Assembly (NCBI GenBank): GCA_963674755.2
Contig: CAXXVS010000002.1
Location: 128,001-192,000, forward strand
Direction: 5' to 3'
DNA: 64,000 bases
Source: Desulfobacterales bacterium
GTDB taxonomy: Bacteria > Desulfobacterota > Desulfobacteria > Desulfobacterales > UBA5852
Both the position numbers and the translations under genes were made by a program. Under the pieces are notes generated by a model. It made no database searches. It was not told the origin of the DNA and worked only from the letters and a program-made list of their open reading frames with translations. Every line of letters begins with the position of its first letter. Within the stretch, counting starts at the first letter, position 1. Positions 40,421 through 49,361 of this stretch are shown here, in pieces.

Positions 40421-40990
40421 ATGAATTTACCGTCGATCCATATTAACAAAATCCTCTATGCCACCGATCTTTCAGAGAATGCGCGCCTTGCGTTTGCTTA
40501 TGCCGTGAGCCTGGCTAGCAAATACAATGCGCAGATTACGATATTGCACACCATGACCGAAACCAGTGATCTGGCTGTGGGATATATCGGCAAGGACGAA
40601 TGGCAAAGGATCAAAACGAAACACTTACAGGACGCGAAAGCTATTCTTATTGGCAAACTTGAGGAATCAGCTGCCGTTAAAGAGGCTTTAATGCAATTCG
40701 TCGACAGAGCAAAGTGCGAAGAGGGAATCGCTGACTTTGAGGCGGATGAGGTATTGGTGGAACACGGCAATCCTGTGGAAGCTATTCTAAAGGTTTCCAG
40801 AGAAAAAGGATGCGATATCATTGTCATGGGTAGCCGCGGGGCAGGCACTTTTATGAATGCCATGCTGGGCACCACAGCCTCGCGTGTTCTGAGAAGATCT
40901 TCTATCCCCGTATTAGTCATACGGCTGCCGGATGGTGAGAAGAAAAGCGCGATTTCGCAAAGCGCTTTAAAGACTTTGCCATGCCTGTGA
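40421..40990 (+). CDS. Universal stress protein (UspA family)
   Basis: ILYATDLS and IVMGSRG...GTT motifs. Confidence 0.9.
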   Translation: MNLPSIHINKILYATDLSENARLAFAYAVSLASKYNAQITILHTMTETSDLAVGYIGKDEWQRIKTKHLQDAKAILIGKLEESAAVKEALMQFVDRAKCEEGIADFEADEVLVEHGNPVEAILKVSREKGCDIIVMGSRGAGTFMNAMLGTTASRVLRRSSIPVLVIRLPDGEKKSAISQSALKTLPCL

Positions 40991-41723
40991 TTCCAGACGA
41001 TGTTGCGGCCAATTGGATCTGCAGCATTGTCTCTGGGGCTGCGGTCTAAATAGGCACTGACGGTCATCTCCTGGGTTTTGGCCCAGGCTAAAATCACGCC
41101 AAAAGATGATCGACACGCGGCCCAATTTTCGGTTGAAAGCTGGGGCTGAGGCATGAACTTGCGAAGAGGGATTCAACGTCGCAATACAGCGGCATACCGT
41201 TTGTAGGTTTATAAATTTGGGAATGGACACTGTCGCGCCCATGCTGATGCTGATATGAGAAGAGGGCCATTTGTTGGTGAGTGATCACGAAGTGGGAACA
41301 GGGGATGGGTGGCGGAAATATAAATCGACGACACTATTTCGCGTAACCTATTTATATTTTACATGATACCGGAAGTCGGGCTTGAGCCGGCGTTAATGTA
41401 TAGCAGGTAAGCATTTTCGGGCGATCGTAACAACAAGACAACAACCATAAGCTGGTTATCCGGATACGATTCGGTTCCTCCAAGATCAACCAGGCTTCGC
41501 TGACACCGCTCCAACCCAGCCCGCACAATTTAATCAGCAGTAAAATTCAGCGATCTTTAAGGCAAGCATCGCTCTGTATCTGGCCTGGTGGGCTGTTCAT
41601 AGATCGAGGGCAGTGTTGAGATCATCTTCTTGAAAACAGACACCATGGGGTATCTGTCCTGCCGGCAGACCGGTCCGCTGCCTCTCTACGCCAGCCGCTA
41701 TCGGCCTGTCCAACCACAGGAAT

Positions 41724-41769
41724 AAAAAAAGGACTTGGATAGGAGCGATCCTACCTAAGTCCCTTTTTT
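41724..41769. terminator. Bidirectional intrinsic terminator downstream of the tRNA fragment
   Basis: A7-GGACTT..TAGGA-GCGA-TCCTA..AAGTCC-C-T6. Confidence 0.8.
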
Positions 41770-41776
41770 ATTATTG

Positions 41777-41823
41777 TGGTGGGCGGTACTGGGATTGAAC
41801 CAGTGACTTCTACCGTGTGAAGG
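41777..41823 (-). other. tRNA-Val(CAC) 3' half, probable prophage att site (not an intact tRNA)
   Basis: Minus strand CCTTCACACGGTAGAAGTCACTGGTTCAATCCCAGTACCGCCCACCA; the 5' arm of the anticodon stem and the D-arm are missing. Confidence 0.85.
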
Positions 41824-41979
41824 GGAAATGGGTAGATTATCCACCTTAAAATATTAATAAATTTAACTATGGTGTTGGTAACAGTAGCAGGTGTTACCAG
41901 CGTGGCAGCCTTATTACGTGAACATGGACCGCCTTGAGCATTTTGTCAACGAGCTTCCTATGACTGAGCTCGATGTCAC

Positions 41980-42582
41980 CTAACCGAGAAAGCTGAATGC
42001 CCGAAGGTTTTTGGTGTTTTCAGATGCCTCCTCCGGTGATTCAAATACAATTTTCAGAGAGTGGCCAGTCGTTACCGTTTTCGATGCCTGACCTTCGATT
42101 GATACTCCTGACAGTTCAACTTTGATTCCACCAGCGGCATCGGTTACGATCTCCAATTCCGCTACCACAGTCAGAGATTTTAATTTTAGCCCTTGAATGT
42201 CCTTGAGTCCGGATACGGCTGCTACCACGGCATTCGCGATATTTTGCCCGGGCCCTTTAACAAGACCCTTGGCGCGGATGGGGTTTGGAATAAGCACCAA
42301 GGTAATCGAATTCGAATCAGTTTGCGCTTTTCCTCCTTTTGCTGACAAGAATAACGCAACTTGACCATTTGCCTCTTTTTTCGCTTTAGAAGAAAGCGTT
42401 AGCTCCGCCATCTTAAGCGGTGGAAATTCCGAACCAGAGGTCTGCTGTTCAATAATGTCTACAGCCGTTTGTACTTGATCTACAAGCTGTTTCACAGCGA
42501 TCTGAGTTTCTTTGGGCGAAAAAGTGGCACAACCGGAAACCGTAAATGCTACAATTAAAATAAATATAAGCTTTCGCGTCAT
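41980..42582 (-). CDS. Lipoprotein with two tandem trypco2-like domains
   Basis: Lipobox VSGC, SD GGAGGAGG; domain call is by eye only. Confidence 0.6.
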   Translation of the reverse strand: MTRKLIFILIVAFTVSGCATFSPKETQIAVKQLVDQVQTAVDIIEQQTSGSEFPPLKMAELTLSSKAKKEANGQVALFLSAKGGKAQTDSNSITLVLIPNPIRAKGLVKGPGQNIANAVVAAVSGLKDIQGLKLKSLTVVAELEIVTDAAGGIKVELSGVSIEGQASKTVTTGHSLKIVFESPEEASENTKNLRAFSFLG

Positions 42583-42887
42583 CGCCTCCTCCCTTCCTTT
42601 AGGTATGTTCGTACTAGCCTGGCCTTGCTATTCAGCCGTGCATCTTTTGTGTCGACTGGGGGAACCTTCAGAAGAACCAGTGCTTCAAAAGATGCGACCT
42701 GGCACAATCCTTAGTAGGACAAATAAATACAGTTGGATGGAATGATGAAATTAAACAAATAGAGCCATTGCGGCTGGTGGGGAGGGACCGGCTTTTTGAG
42801 GATATTAATACTTATATAACGGAAAAATGTAATAATTGCAAGTGGTCAGGCGGTTGTGGGTAACCGCTCGAAATCATATATGATCCA

Positions 42888-43091
42888 TTATTTCCCGGGG
42901 GTATTGAATTCCCAGAATTCCATTTTGCCGGATTGGCTGGTTTCGTATTTGGTGTTTTCGCGGCCGTGGGTGGAGATGGTGCAGATGCTTGAACCATCAG
43001 GGGCCTGTGCCGAGAAAAACGAGATTTCGACGTCCTGGCCGTTTATCTGGATGACGATACGGTCGCTTGCCTGGGCTATTTTAAATTTCAT
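42888..43091 (-). CDS. Small hypothetical protein
   Basis: 67-aa ORF between co-oriented genes. Confidence 0.45.
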   Translation of the reverse strand: MKFKIAQASDRIVIQINGQDVEISFFSAQAPDGSSICTISTHGRENTKYETSQSGKMEFWEFNTPGK

Positions 43092-43141
43092 ATGTCGTGA
43101 CTATTCATCGATGTTAAGAGTTGAGACCTTAGGCACATGGA

Positions 43142-43972
43142 TTACAGACCACTCTTATCGCGGTTACAGGGAATGCAAAGCATCTGGCAATTCTCAGCGA
43201 TGGTTTTGCCCCCTTTTGACCAGGGGGTAATATGGTCGCCGTTCATCTCGGCGAGATCAAAGACGCGTTGACCGTCGTCGTTGCCCGGGGTCTTGCACTT
43301 GGTTCCGCTGGCGCACTTGCCGTTCTGGATCTCGTAGGCGGCCCGCTTCATGTTGTCATCGAACTGGCGGATGCTCAGGTGCCGCTCTTCGCCGGTGAGC
43401 ACGTAGGGGTAGATGCCTCTTTTCTTGGTAACGTCTGGGTCCCGCATCAGCTCGGCGACGCGCTTCTCAAGCGCGACCGGGTCGTACTGCTCGTCCTTGA
43501 ACTGGTCGTAGAGCGGTCCCCACTCGACGGCCTTCATCTCCTTGCGGTAGGTTGTGAAGGTTTGCTGCACCCACCAAATGATGTTCTGGAAGTAGGTCCA
43601 CAGCTCATTTGCGGTGGGGTCGTGCTGGTGTTCAGACATGTAGTGCTCTATCTTGCCGCCGGACTTCCACTTTAGAGCCTTCTCCAGCAGCTCCTGACGA
43701 ATCGGGGAGCCGGAGACGTACTTGCTGGCCAGACCGTAAGCCGGGCCGTTGGACTTGCTGAAGATCGACTTGGCATGGGTCAGCCAAGGGCCGGTATAGA
43801 CGGCATTGCGCAGCTCCTGGTCGGTAAACTTCACACCGGCGATGTTGATTGTGCGGAACCAATCGAGCTTCTCATTCTCGTCGCCCTCGCAGACGTAGAC
43901 CATCAGCTCGTAATTGAGTATCGCGTCCTTCTGCGGCTGGTTGAGGTTATGGAAAGCCATCGGGTGGCTCAT
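43142..43972 (-). pseudogene. 5'-truncated DUF262-HNH endonuclease (GmrSD-like)
   Basis: LDWF.TIN..G...T.QELRN and DHI.PWSKGG.T...NCQMLC..CN are present; the N-terminal DUF262 DGQQR motif is absent. Confidence 0.7.
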
Positions 43973-44002
43973 GCCGGCCTTTAACTTCCAATTGCGCTTT
44001 GC

Positions 44003-44197
44003 CCCAAGGAGATCTACGACCTCTTCTTCGCCTGGTGGAAGCAGTATGTGGGCAATTTCCCGCCCAAGCAGCGCAAACTGGGCACCTATCTCAAGGAGCG
44101 CTTCCGCTCCGAGAAGGTGGGCGGGGTGTATTGGTACTACGGGATCCAGCCCAATCCCGACATCATCGATGAAATCATGCCGGACCGGAAGGGATAG
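44003..44197 (+). pseudogene. C-terminal remnant of a P4/D5-family primase-helicase
   Basis: Hand translation PKEIYDLFFAWWKQYVGNFPPKQRKLGTYLKERFRSEKVGGVYWYYGI...; no start codon. Confidence 0.6.
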
Positions 44198-44200
44198 AGC

Positions 44201-44449
44201 TCAAAGGTCCTGATGGTCCTGGCATGGTCCTGACAACCTGGCAGTCCAAAACTATCCGAATTGCTTCGGAAAAGGGATAGCTGCAGGACCATTGGGACCA
44301 TCAGGACCGGGTTTCGAAATCTTTTTATAAAATAAAATTTTTTTTCAATTCACTTTTTTATTTAGGGGGAAAAAGGTCCTAAAGGTCTCAAAAGGCCGGA
44401 ATCATTAAAGATCGAATCTGGACCATGCCAGGACCATCAGGACCTTTGA
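44201..44449. repeat. Origin-like iteron region with a perfect 30-bp inverted repeat
   Basis: TCAAAGGTCCTGATGGTCCTGGCATGGTCC at 44201-44230 is inverted at 44420-44449; further GGACC/GGTCC units and an AT-rich core. Confidence 0.8.
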
Positions 44450-44460
44450 AAATACCGCCC

Positions 44461-46737
44461 ATGAACGTCCTGGATCTGCTTCGCGAAATGGGCATCGAGC
44501 CGCGGCTGGCCCAGCGCGGCGGCAAGCGCGGCGCCGAGTACTGGAGCCGGTGTCCCAAGGCCGGATGCTCCCAGGAAGACGGCTTCCATGTCTGGCCCGA
44601 ACAGAACGGCGGCACCGGCTCCTGGTGGTGCCGCAACTGCGATCGCGGCGGGGACAACATCCAGTTCTGCCGGGACTACATGGGCATGGATTTTCAGGAG
44701 GCCTGCGACAAGTGCGGCCGGGATCCCGGGCCGCGCCCGCCGCGGCGGCCGTTCGAACCGAGGCCGCGGCCGCCGGCCTGGGCCCCGAAACCGGTGAACG
44801 TGCCAGAGGGGGACCTGGCCCTGTGGCGGGAGCATGCCGGCAAGTTCGCGGAGTGGGCCCACCGGCAGCTCCTTAAAAACCCGGAGGCCCTGGACTATTT
44901 GGACCGACGCGGTGTGAAGCGCAACGTGGTGGAGCGGTGGGGTCTGGGATGGAACCCCGGGGAGAACGGCAAGCCGTGCATCTACCGGGCAAGGAAGGCC
45001 TGGGGCCTGCCCGAAGAGACGCGGGAGGGCGGTCGGCCCAAGCCGCTCTGGCTGCCCCGGGGCCTCGTGATCCCATGGCGGGATCCCAGCGGGTGCCTGC
45101 GCAAGATCCGGATCCGCCGGCACCCGCCGGACATGCCGCCCCTGGCCAAAAACAAATACTTCGTGGTGCCGGGATCCACCGTGGTTCACACGGCGGTTTA
45201 CAGCAATCAGCCGGCGGCCGTGGTGCTGGAGACGGAGCTTGACGGCCTGGCCGCGGCCGAGGCCGCCGGCGACCTCGTGGGGGTGGTCGCAACGGGAACC
45301 AGCGGGGCCCTGCCGCAGCCCCAGGAGAAACGCCTCGACATCTCCATCAGCCTGGCCAACAAGCCGCTGCCCTACGTGGTCTGCGACGAGACCGACAAAT
45401 ATCCCGAGACGGCCAGCAAGAAGGAAGCGGGGCCGGTTGGCCTGGCCGAAGCCCGGGCCACGGTGTTCCGCGGCCGGCGGAAGTTCATCCGGGCATCGAC
45501 GCCCACCGTGCCGACGGCCTTCATCTGGCAGGCCCTCAAGAAGTGCCGGGCCGTGTTCGTCTACTGGGTGCGCTGCCCCCTGTGCGGCAAATGGCAGCGC
45601 ATGGAGCTCTCCCGGATCCGGGTGCCCAAGGATGTCCGGGATCCGGAGGAGATCAAGGACCGGGATCTGGCCTGGTACGAGTGTGTCGGCTGCGGCGGGC
45701 ACTGGGACGACCACCTGCGCGATCGCGCCGTGGCCGCCGGCCAATGGCGACACCGGGAAAAGGGCGTCGAGATGTTCGCCTACCTCGAGGCCTTCAAGCC
45801 CAAGACCATCGGCTTTCATCTGCCAAGCTGGAACAGCCCCTTCGTGGGGCTCTCCGAGGTGATGGCGGCCTGGTTTAAAGGCCAGTTGGACAAGACGGCC
45901 CTGAAGGACTTCTTCAACCGTTTCGCGGCGGAGCCCTGGGTGATCCGGGAGAAGGAGCGCAAGGAGGATGCCATCCTGGCCCTTTGCGAGCCCCGGCCCA
46001 TGGGGCGCGTGCCCGGAGACGACCTGGTGAGTTGCCTAACCTTCGGCGCCGACACCCAGGACAACGGTTTCTGGTTCAAGATCGTGGCCAACGGCTGGGG
46101 GCTGGAGCGCGACGCCTGGGTGGTGCGCTGCGGATTCGTGCCCAATTTCGCGGCCCTGGCCCGGGTGCTGTGGTCGGACCCATACGAGGATGCCGGCGGC
46201 AAGCGCTACGTGGTGCGCTTCGGTCTGATCGACGCCATGGGGCATCGCACCGGCGAGGTTTACGATTTCTGCCGCGCCCATCCGGGAAGGATCATGCCAG
46301 CCAAGGGCGAGAAGATCATGAACCAGCCCCTGGCCTACACGCGCATCGAATACTACCCGGGAACGAAAAAGCCGATTCCGGGTGCGCTGCAGCTCGTTCG
46401 CGTGAACACCAAATATTTCAAGGACCAGCTCGCAGCGGCCCTCACGGTGAAAGCCGGCGATCCGGGCAGCATCCGCATGCCCGAGGACCTGCCGAGGGAT
46501 TACGCCGTCCACTACACAGCAGAGTTCATCAATGAGAAAGGCGACTGGGACTGCCGGCCGAACGTGCCCAACCATCTTTGGGACTGCGGTGTGCTGAGTT
46601 CCTGTGCGGCCGAGATTCTTCAGGTGAGGTTCTGGGAAAAGCCGTCGGAGGAGAAGCTGGCACCGAAACCGAAAAATATTCCTGGGCCGCCGCCGAGGGT
46701 GGAATATGAGCGGCCGAGCTGGTTGGAGGGACGGTGA
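44461..46737 (+). CDS. Chimeric ORF: Zn-finger/TOPRIM primase N-half fused to GpA-type terminase large subunit C-half
   Basis: EY.S.CP..C and WCR.C...GD.I.F zinc finger; VVLETELDG TOPRIM start; then YVVCDETDKYP, ASTPT, GADTQ, IDAMG and NHLWDC (GpA). Confidence 0.8.
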   Translation: MNVLDLLREMGIEPRLAQRGGKRGAEYWSRCPKAGCSQEDGFHVWPEQNGGTGSWWCRNCDRGGDNIQFCRDYMGMDFQEACDKCGRDPGPRPPRRPFEPRPRPPAWAPKPVNVPEGDLALWREHAGKFAEWAHRQLLKNPEALDYLDRRGVKRNVVERWGLGWNPGENGKPCIYRARKAWGLPEETREGGRPKPLWLPRGLVIPWRDPSGCLRKIRIRRHPPDMPPLAKNKYFVVPGSTVVHTAVYSNQPAAVVLETELDGLAAAEAAGDLVGVVATGTSGALPQPQEKRLDISISLANKPLPYVVCDETDKYPETASKKEAGPVGLAEARATVFRGRRKFIRASTPTVPTAFIWQALKKCRAVFVYWVRCPLCGKWQRMELSRIRVPKDVRDPEEIKDRDLAWYECVGCGGHWDDHLRDRAVAAGQWRHREKGVEMFAYLEAFKPKTIGFHLPSWNSPFVGLSEVMAAWFKGQLDKTALKDFFNRFAAEPWVIREKERKEDAILALCEPRPMGRVPGDDLVSCLTFGADTQDNGFWFKIVANGWGLERDAWVVRCGFVPNFAALARVLWSDPYEDAGGKRYVVRFGLIDAMGHRTGEVYDFCRAHPGRIMPAKGEKIMNQPLAYTRIEYYPGTKKPIPGALQLVRVNTKYFKDQLAAALTVKAGDPGSIRMPEDLPRDYAVHYTAEFINEKGDWDCRPNVPNHLWDCGVLSSCAAEILQVRFWEKPSEEKLAPKPKNIPGPPPRVEYERPSWLEGR

Positions 46738-46958
46738 ACGACGGTAGGGTGTTAAAAAACAAAGAGGATGTCATGGCTTACATGGATGTATCCGAGCATC
46801 TAATCGTAGGCCTTGTCTCATTGGGGCTGCCAGTTTTTTTCATCAATGGACGTTGGTTTTCGACAAAGGATTCGATTGATCGATGGATGACAGAATTTGC
46901 TATTGCAAACAGAGGGAAAAATTTCTGTATTAAAAATGGGAAGGTTGAATCTATTTAA
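46734..46958 (+). CDS. Small Xis/MerR-like DNA-binding protein
   Basis: 74 aa with a helix-turn-helix/wing pattern (GLP...INGRWF....IDRW); overlaps the terminase stop. Confidence 0.55.
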   Translation: MNDGRVLKNKEDVMAYMDVSEHLIVGLVSLGLPVFFINGRWFSTKDSIDRWMTEFAIANRGKNFCIKNGKVESI

Positions 46959-47005
46959 AATAACATAAAATTATTGCTGTGTCATGATGCATTAAATAAA
47001 ATTAT

Positions 47006-48076
47006 TTATGTATAATTTTCCCAAAAATTTTGTCCAATTTCTTTATTATATTTAAAGGTAAGCTGGATAAAAATAATTAGAAGGCTTAGGTATATATAGC
47101 CCAAGAATGCTTGAGAACAGGCCACAATTCTCATTTTTTTATTTGAAGGTCTGTAGTCACCACAACCCAATGTTGTCCAAGTCACCAAACTAAAATAGTA
47201 TGAATCTAAATTTTTATCAAATTTCGTTGCAGGTGTGTTGTCTTCAGTAATTGGTGTTGGAGAAATGCCCCTTTCTATTTGGTAGACAAAACCAAAAGAT
47301 AAAACTATGATTATATTAATGGCAAAATATATAACAAAATACATGAGTCTCTTAAAATTGGTAAATAAAATCAACATATATACGGCAAATCCGAATAAAA
47401 TAACCACCACCGTAGTAAGCCGTTCATATACGTATTTTGGGCTTTTTGATAAAATGTAAAAAAATAGCGTTAAAGCGACAGGTAGAAGTGCAGGAATAAT
47501 CAATTTTCTATCTGAGATATCAAGTATTTTTTCAATGAGTATTCTATTAGCGCTTTCCCTGTTTTGTTCCAATTGTTGGTTAACCTGATTTTCCATATGA
47601 ACTTCATTATTATAATTCTTAATTAGATTAATATTGTTTATGGTACCATGTATGATGGTAACCAATATCCCAAAAAAGACGAATCCAAAAAAAGATTCAA
47701 TCCCAGTTATGATTCTCATTTCAGGTGTTAATGGCCACAAATCGCCGTAGCCAGATGTCGTCCAAGTGAGAATACTAAAATAATAGTAATCAGTGGTCGA
47801 ATCAAGGATAATTCCACCGAGGCCGCCTGAATCTCCATATATTTTGCCAAACGATGCGATAATAATAGCGGTGATAAAAAAATATGCTAATAATGAACTT
47901 AATTTGACCAATTTTTGGCTTTGGAATGCGATATAGAATCCATATAAACAACACAAAATGATAATCAAAGCACGTATCAATAAAACAATTTCGCCTTTAA
48001 AAGGGAGAAAAATAGTCCCAATCAAAAAGAACGTCAAAATTATGAAGCGATATTTTTGTAATTGAAGTGTTAGCAT
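47006..48076 (-). CDS. Ion channel protein with two K+-channel-like pore domains (AT-rich cargo)
   Basis: YFSILTWTTSGYGD and YFSLVTWTTLGCGD, each flanked by TM helices. Confidence 0.8.
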   Translation of the reverse strand: MLTLQLQKYRFIILTFFLIGTIFLPFKGEIVLLIRALIIILCCLYGFYIAFQSQKLVKLSSLLAYFFITAIIIASFGKIYGDSGGLGGIILDSTTDYYYFSILTWTTSGYGDLWPLTPEMRIITGIESFFGFVFFGILVTIIHGTINNINLIKNYNNEVHMENQVNQQLEQNRESANRILIEKILDISDRKLIIPALLPVALTLFFYILSKSPKYVYERLTTVVVILFGFAVYMLILFTNFKRLMYFVIYFAINIIIVLSFGFVYQIERGISPTPITEDNTPATKFDKNLDSYYFSLVTWTTLGCGDYRPSNKKMRIVACSQAFLGYIYLSLLIIFIQLTFKYNKEIGQNFWENYT

Positions 48077-48104
48077 TGATATTTTGGTAATAGACAGTTC
48101 AAAT

Positions 48105-48791
48105 TTATAGTAAATTAAGTTCGATATGCCTTATTTCTACTGTTGACCTCTTATCCAACCTAATAACTGCAGCCCAACGTCCTTTCTGTCTGACTTTTTC
48201 ACAATCTATTGATAATACATCATCAAATCCTGAATTTTTCCAATTACTACTGACGACTATAGTTTTCCCGAATTCATCAATCCCGATTTTTGCTCTACCT
48301 TGTAAGATCTTAAAATTAAAAGTTGCTCGAACGCCAATTTTGTTCTTTGTCTTTAGATGGTGAGGTATTTCTATTCCAATATCTCCTCCTCCGTTTTTCC
48401 GGCTCCAAACTATTAGATTTTTTCCATTTACTTTTCCGCAGGGGTAACCAGTATCGATAGATCCCTTTGTACAATAATTAAAATTTTCATCACCAAGAGA
48501 ATTGCACCACTGGAGATCCCTTCCTAACACGAAAAGATCTGCTTTTTTTTCTATAGGTGGAATAGGTTCCACTCTTTCATGATTAGGTATTGGTGCTTGT
48601 AAGGGGTATATGATCATAAAAACCCCGGCCAAGAAAATTACTAAAGAAGATTCAGTCGTCCTTAGCCTGAATCCAAACACATCGATCTCTGTTTGACCTC
48701 GCCGGTGTTTTTTTAAAAAAAATATAGAAGTTCCTAAAGCAGCAAATATTAAACCAACGCCTATGACGATGTATTTTGTTATAGGCTCCAT
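48105..48791 (-). CDS. Hypothetical membrane protein (two TM segments plus soluble domain; AT-rich cargo)
   Basis: 228-aa ORF, SD AAGGAG. Confidence 0.7.
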   Translation of the reverse strand: MEPITKYIVIGVGLIFAALGTSIFFLKKHRRGQTEIDVFGFRLRTTESSLVIFLAGVFMIIYPLQAPIPNHERVEPIPPIEKKADLFVLGRDLQWCNSLGDENFNYCTKGSIDTGYPCGKVNGKNLIVWSRKNGGGDIGIEIPHHLKTKNKIGVRATFNFKILQGRAKIGIDEFGKTIVVSSNWKNSGFDDVLSIDCEKVRQKGRWAAVIRLDKRSTVEIRHIELNLL

Positions 48792-49142
48792 GTCTCTCTC
48801 CTTGGCTAATAATAACTATTCCAATAAAAATAATTTTTCCGACCTTGTAAGTATTCAAATCAACAATTTTGTTGCCGGCTTGTAAGGAAGGGTGGTTTTA
48901 GCTCTACTGGAGGCAAATTAACGAGATCAGAGAGAGATGCAAACTTGGAGTATTTAGGAGGTAGCATATCGTACTAGTCAAAATAATTAAAATCAGAGAA
49001 ATATTATGGCTGTCAAGACCTAAAATGCTCCGAATACGCTATTAATAACCCTCGAAAGTGACCCGAAAGCTAATAAGCCTTAGAAACCCCATGATATGGA
49101 GGCGGCATTAAAGTCGACCACCAGATCATGGGGTTTTTGCGT

Positions 49143-49361
49143 ATGGCCATCAAAACCACCCTGGAACAACTTGAAGCGGTGCAGGCCGCGATCGCGTTTT
49201 GTGAGGCGGGACAGGAAGGCTCGGTCAACGGCAAGCGGTACCGCATGGCCGACCTGGCCGTGCTCTACAGGCGCGAGGAGCAGCTCCTGGCGCGGTACCA
49301 CCGCGAGCAGGCGGGCAGCGCCGGGCCGGCTTCCACCTACGGCATCCCGAGGCGCGACTGA
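49143..49361 (+). CDS. Head-to-tail joining protein (gpW-like)
   Basis: L..VQ.AI....GQ....G......DL..L pattern, directly before the portal gene. Confidence 0.7.
   Translation: MAIKTTLEQLEAVQAAIAFCEAGQEGSVNGKRYRMADLAVLYRREEQLLARYHREQAGSAGPASTYGIPRRD

Noticed and set aside
41777..41850. Intact tRNA-Val gene
   Set aside because: The anticodon stem 5' arm reads TCCCC rather than CTACC, and there is no D-arm or 5' acceptor strand.
41970..43140. Integron cassette array
   Set aside because: Isolated GTTAGG-like motifs occur, but I could not find convincing paired attC boxes or an integron integrase.
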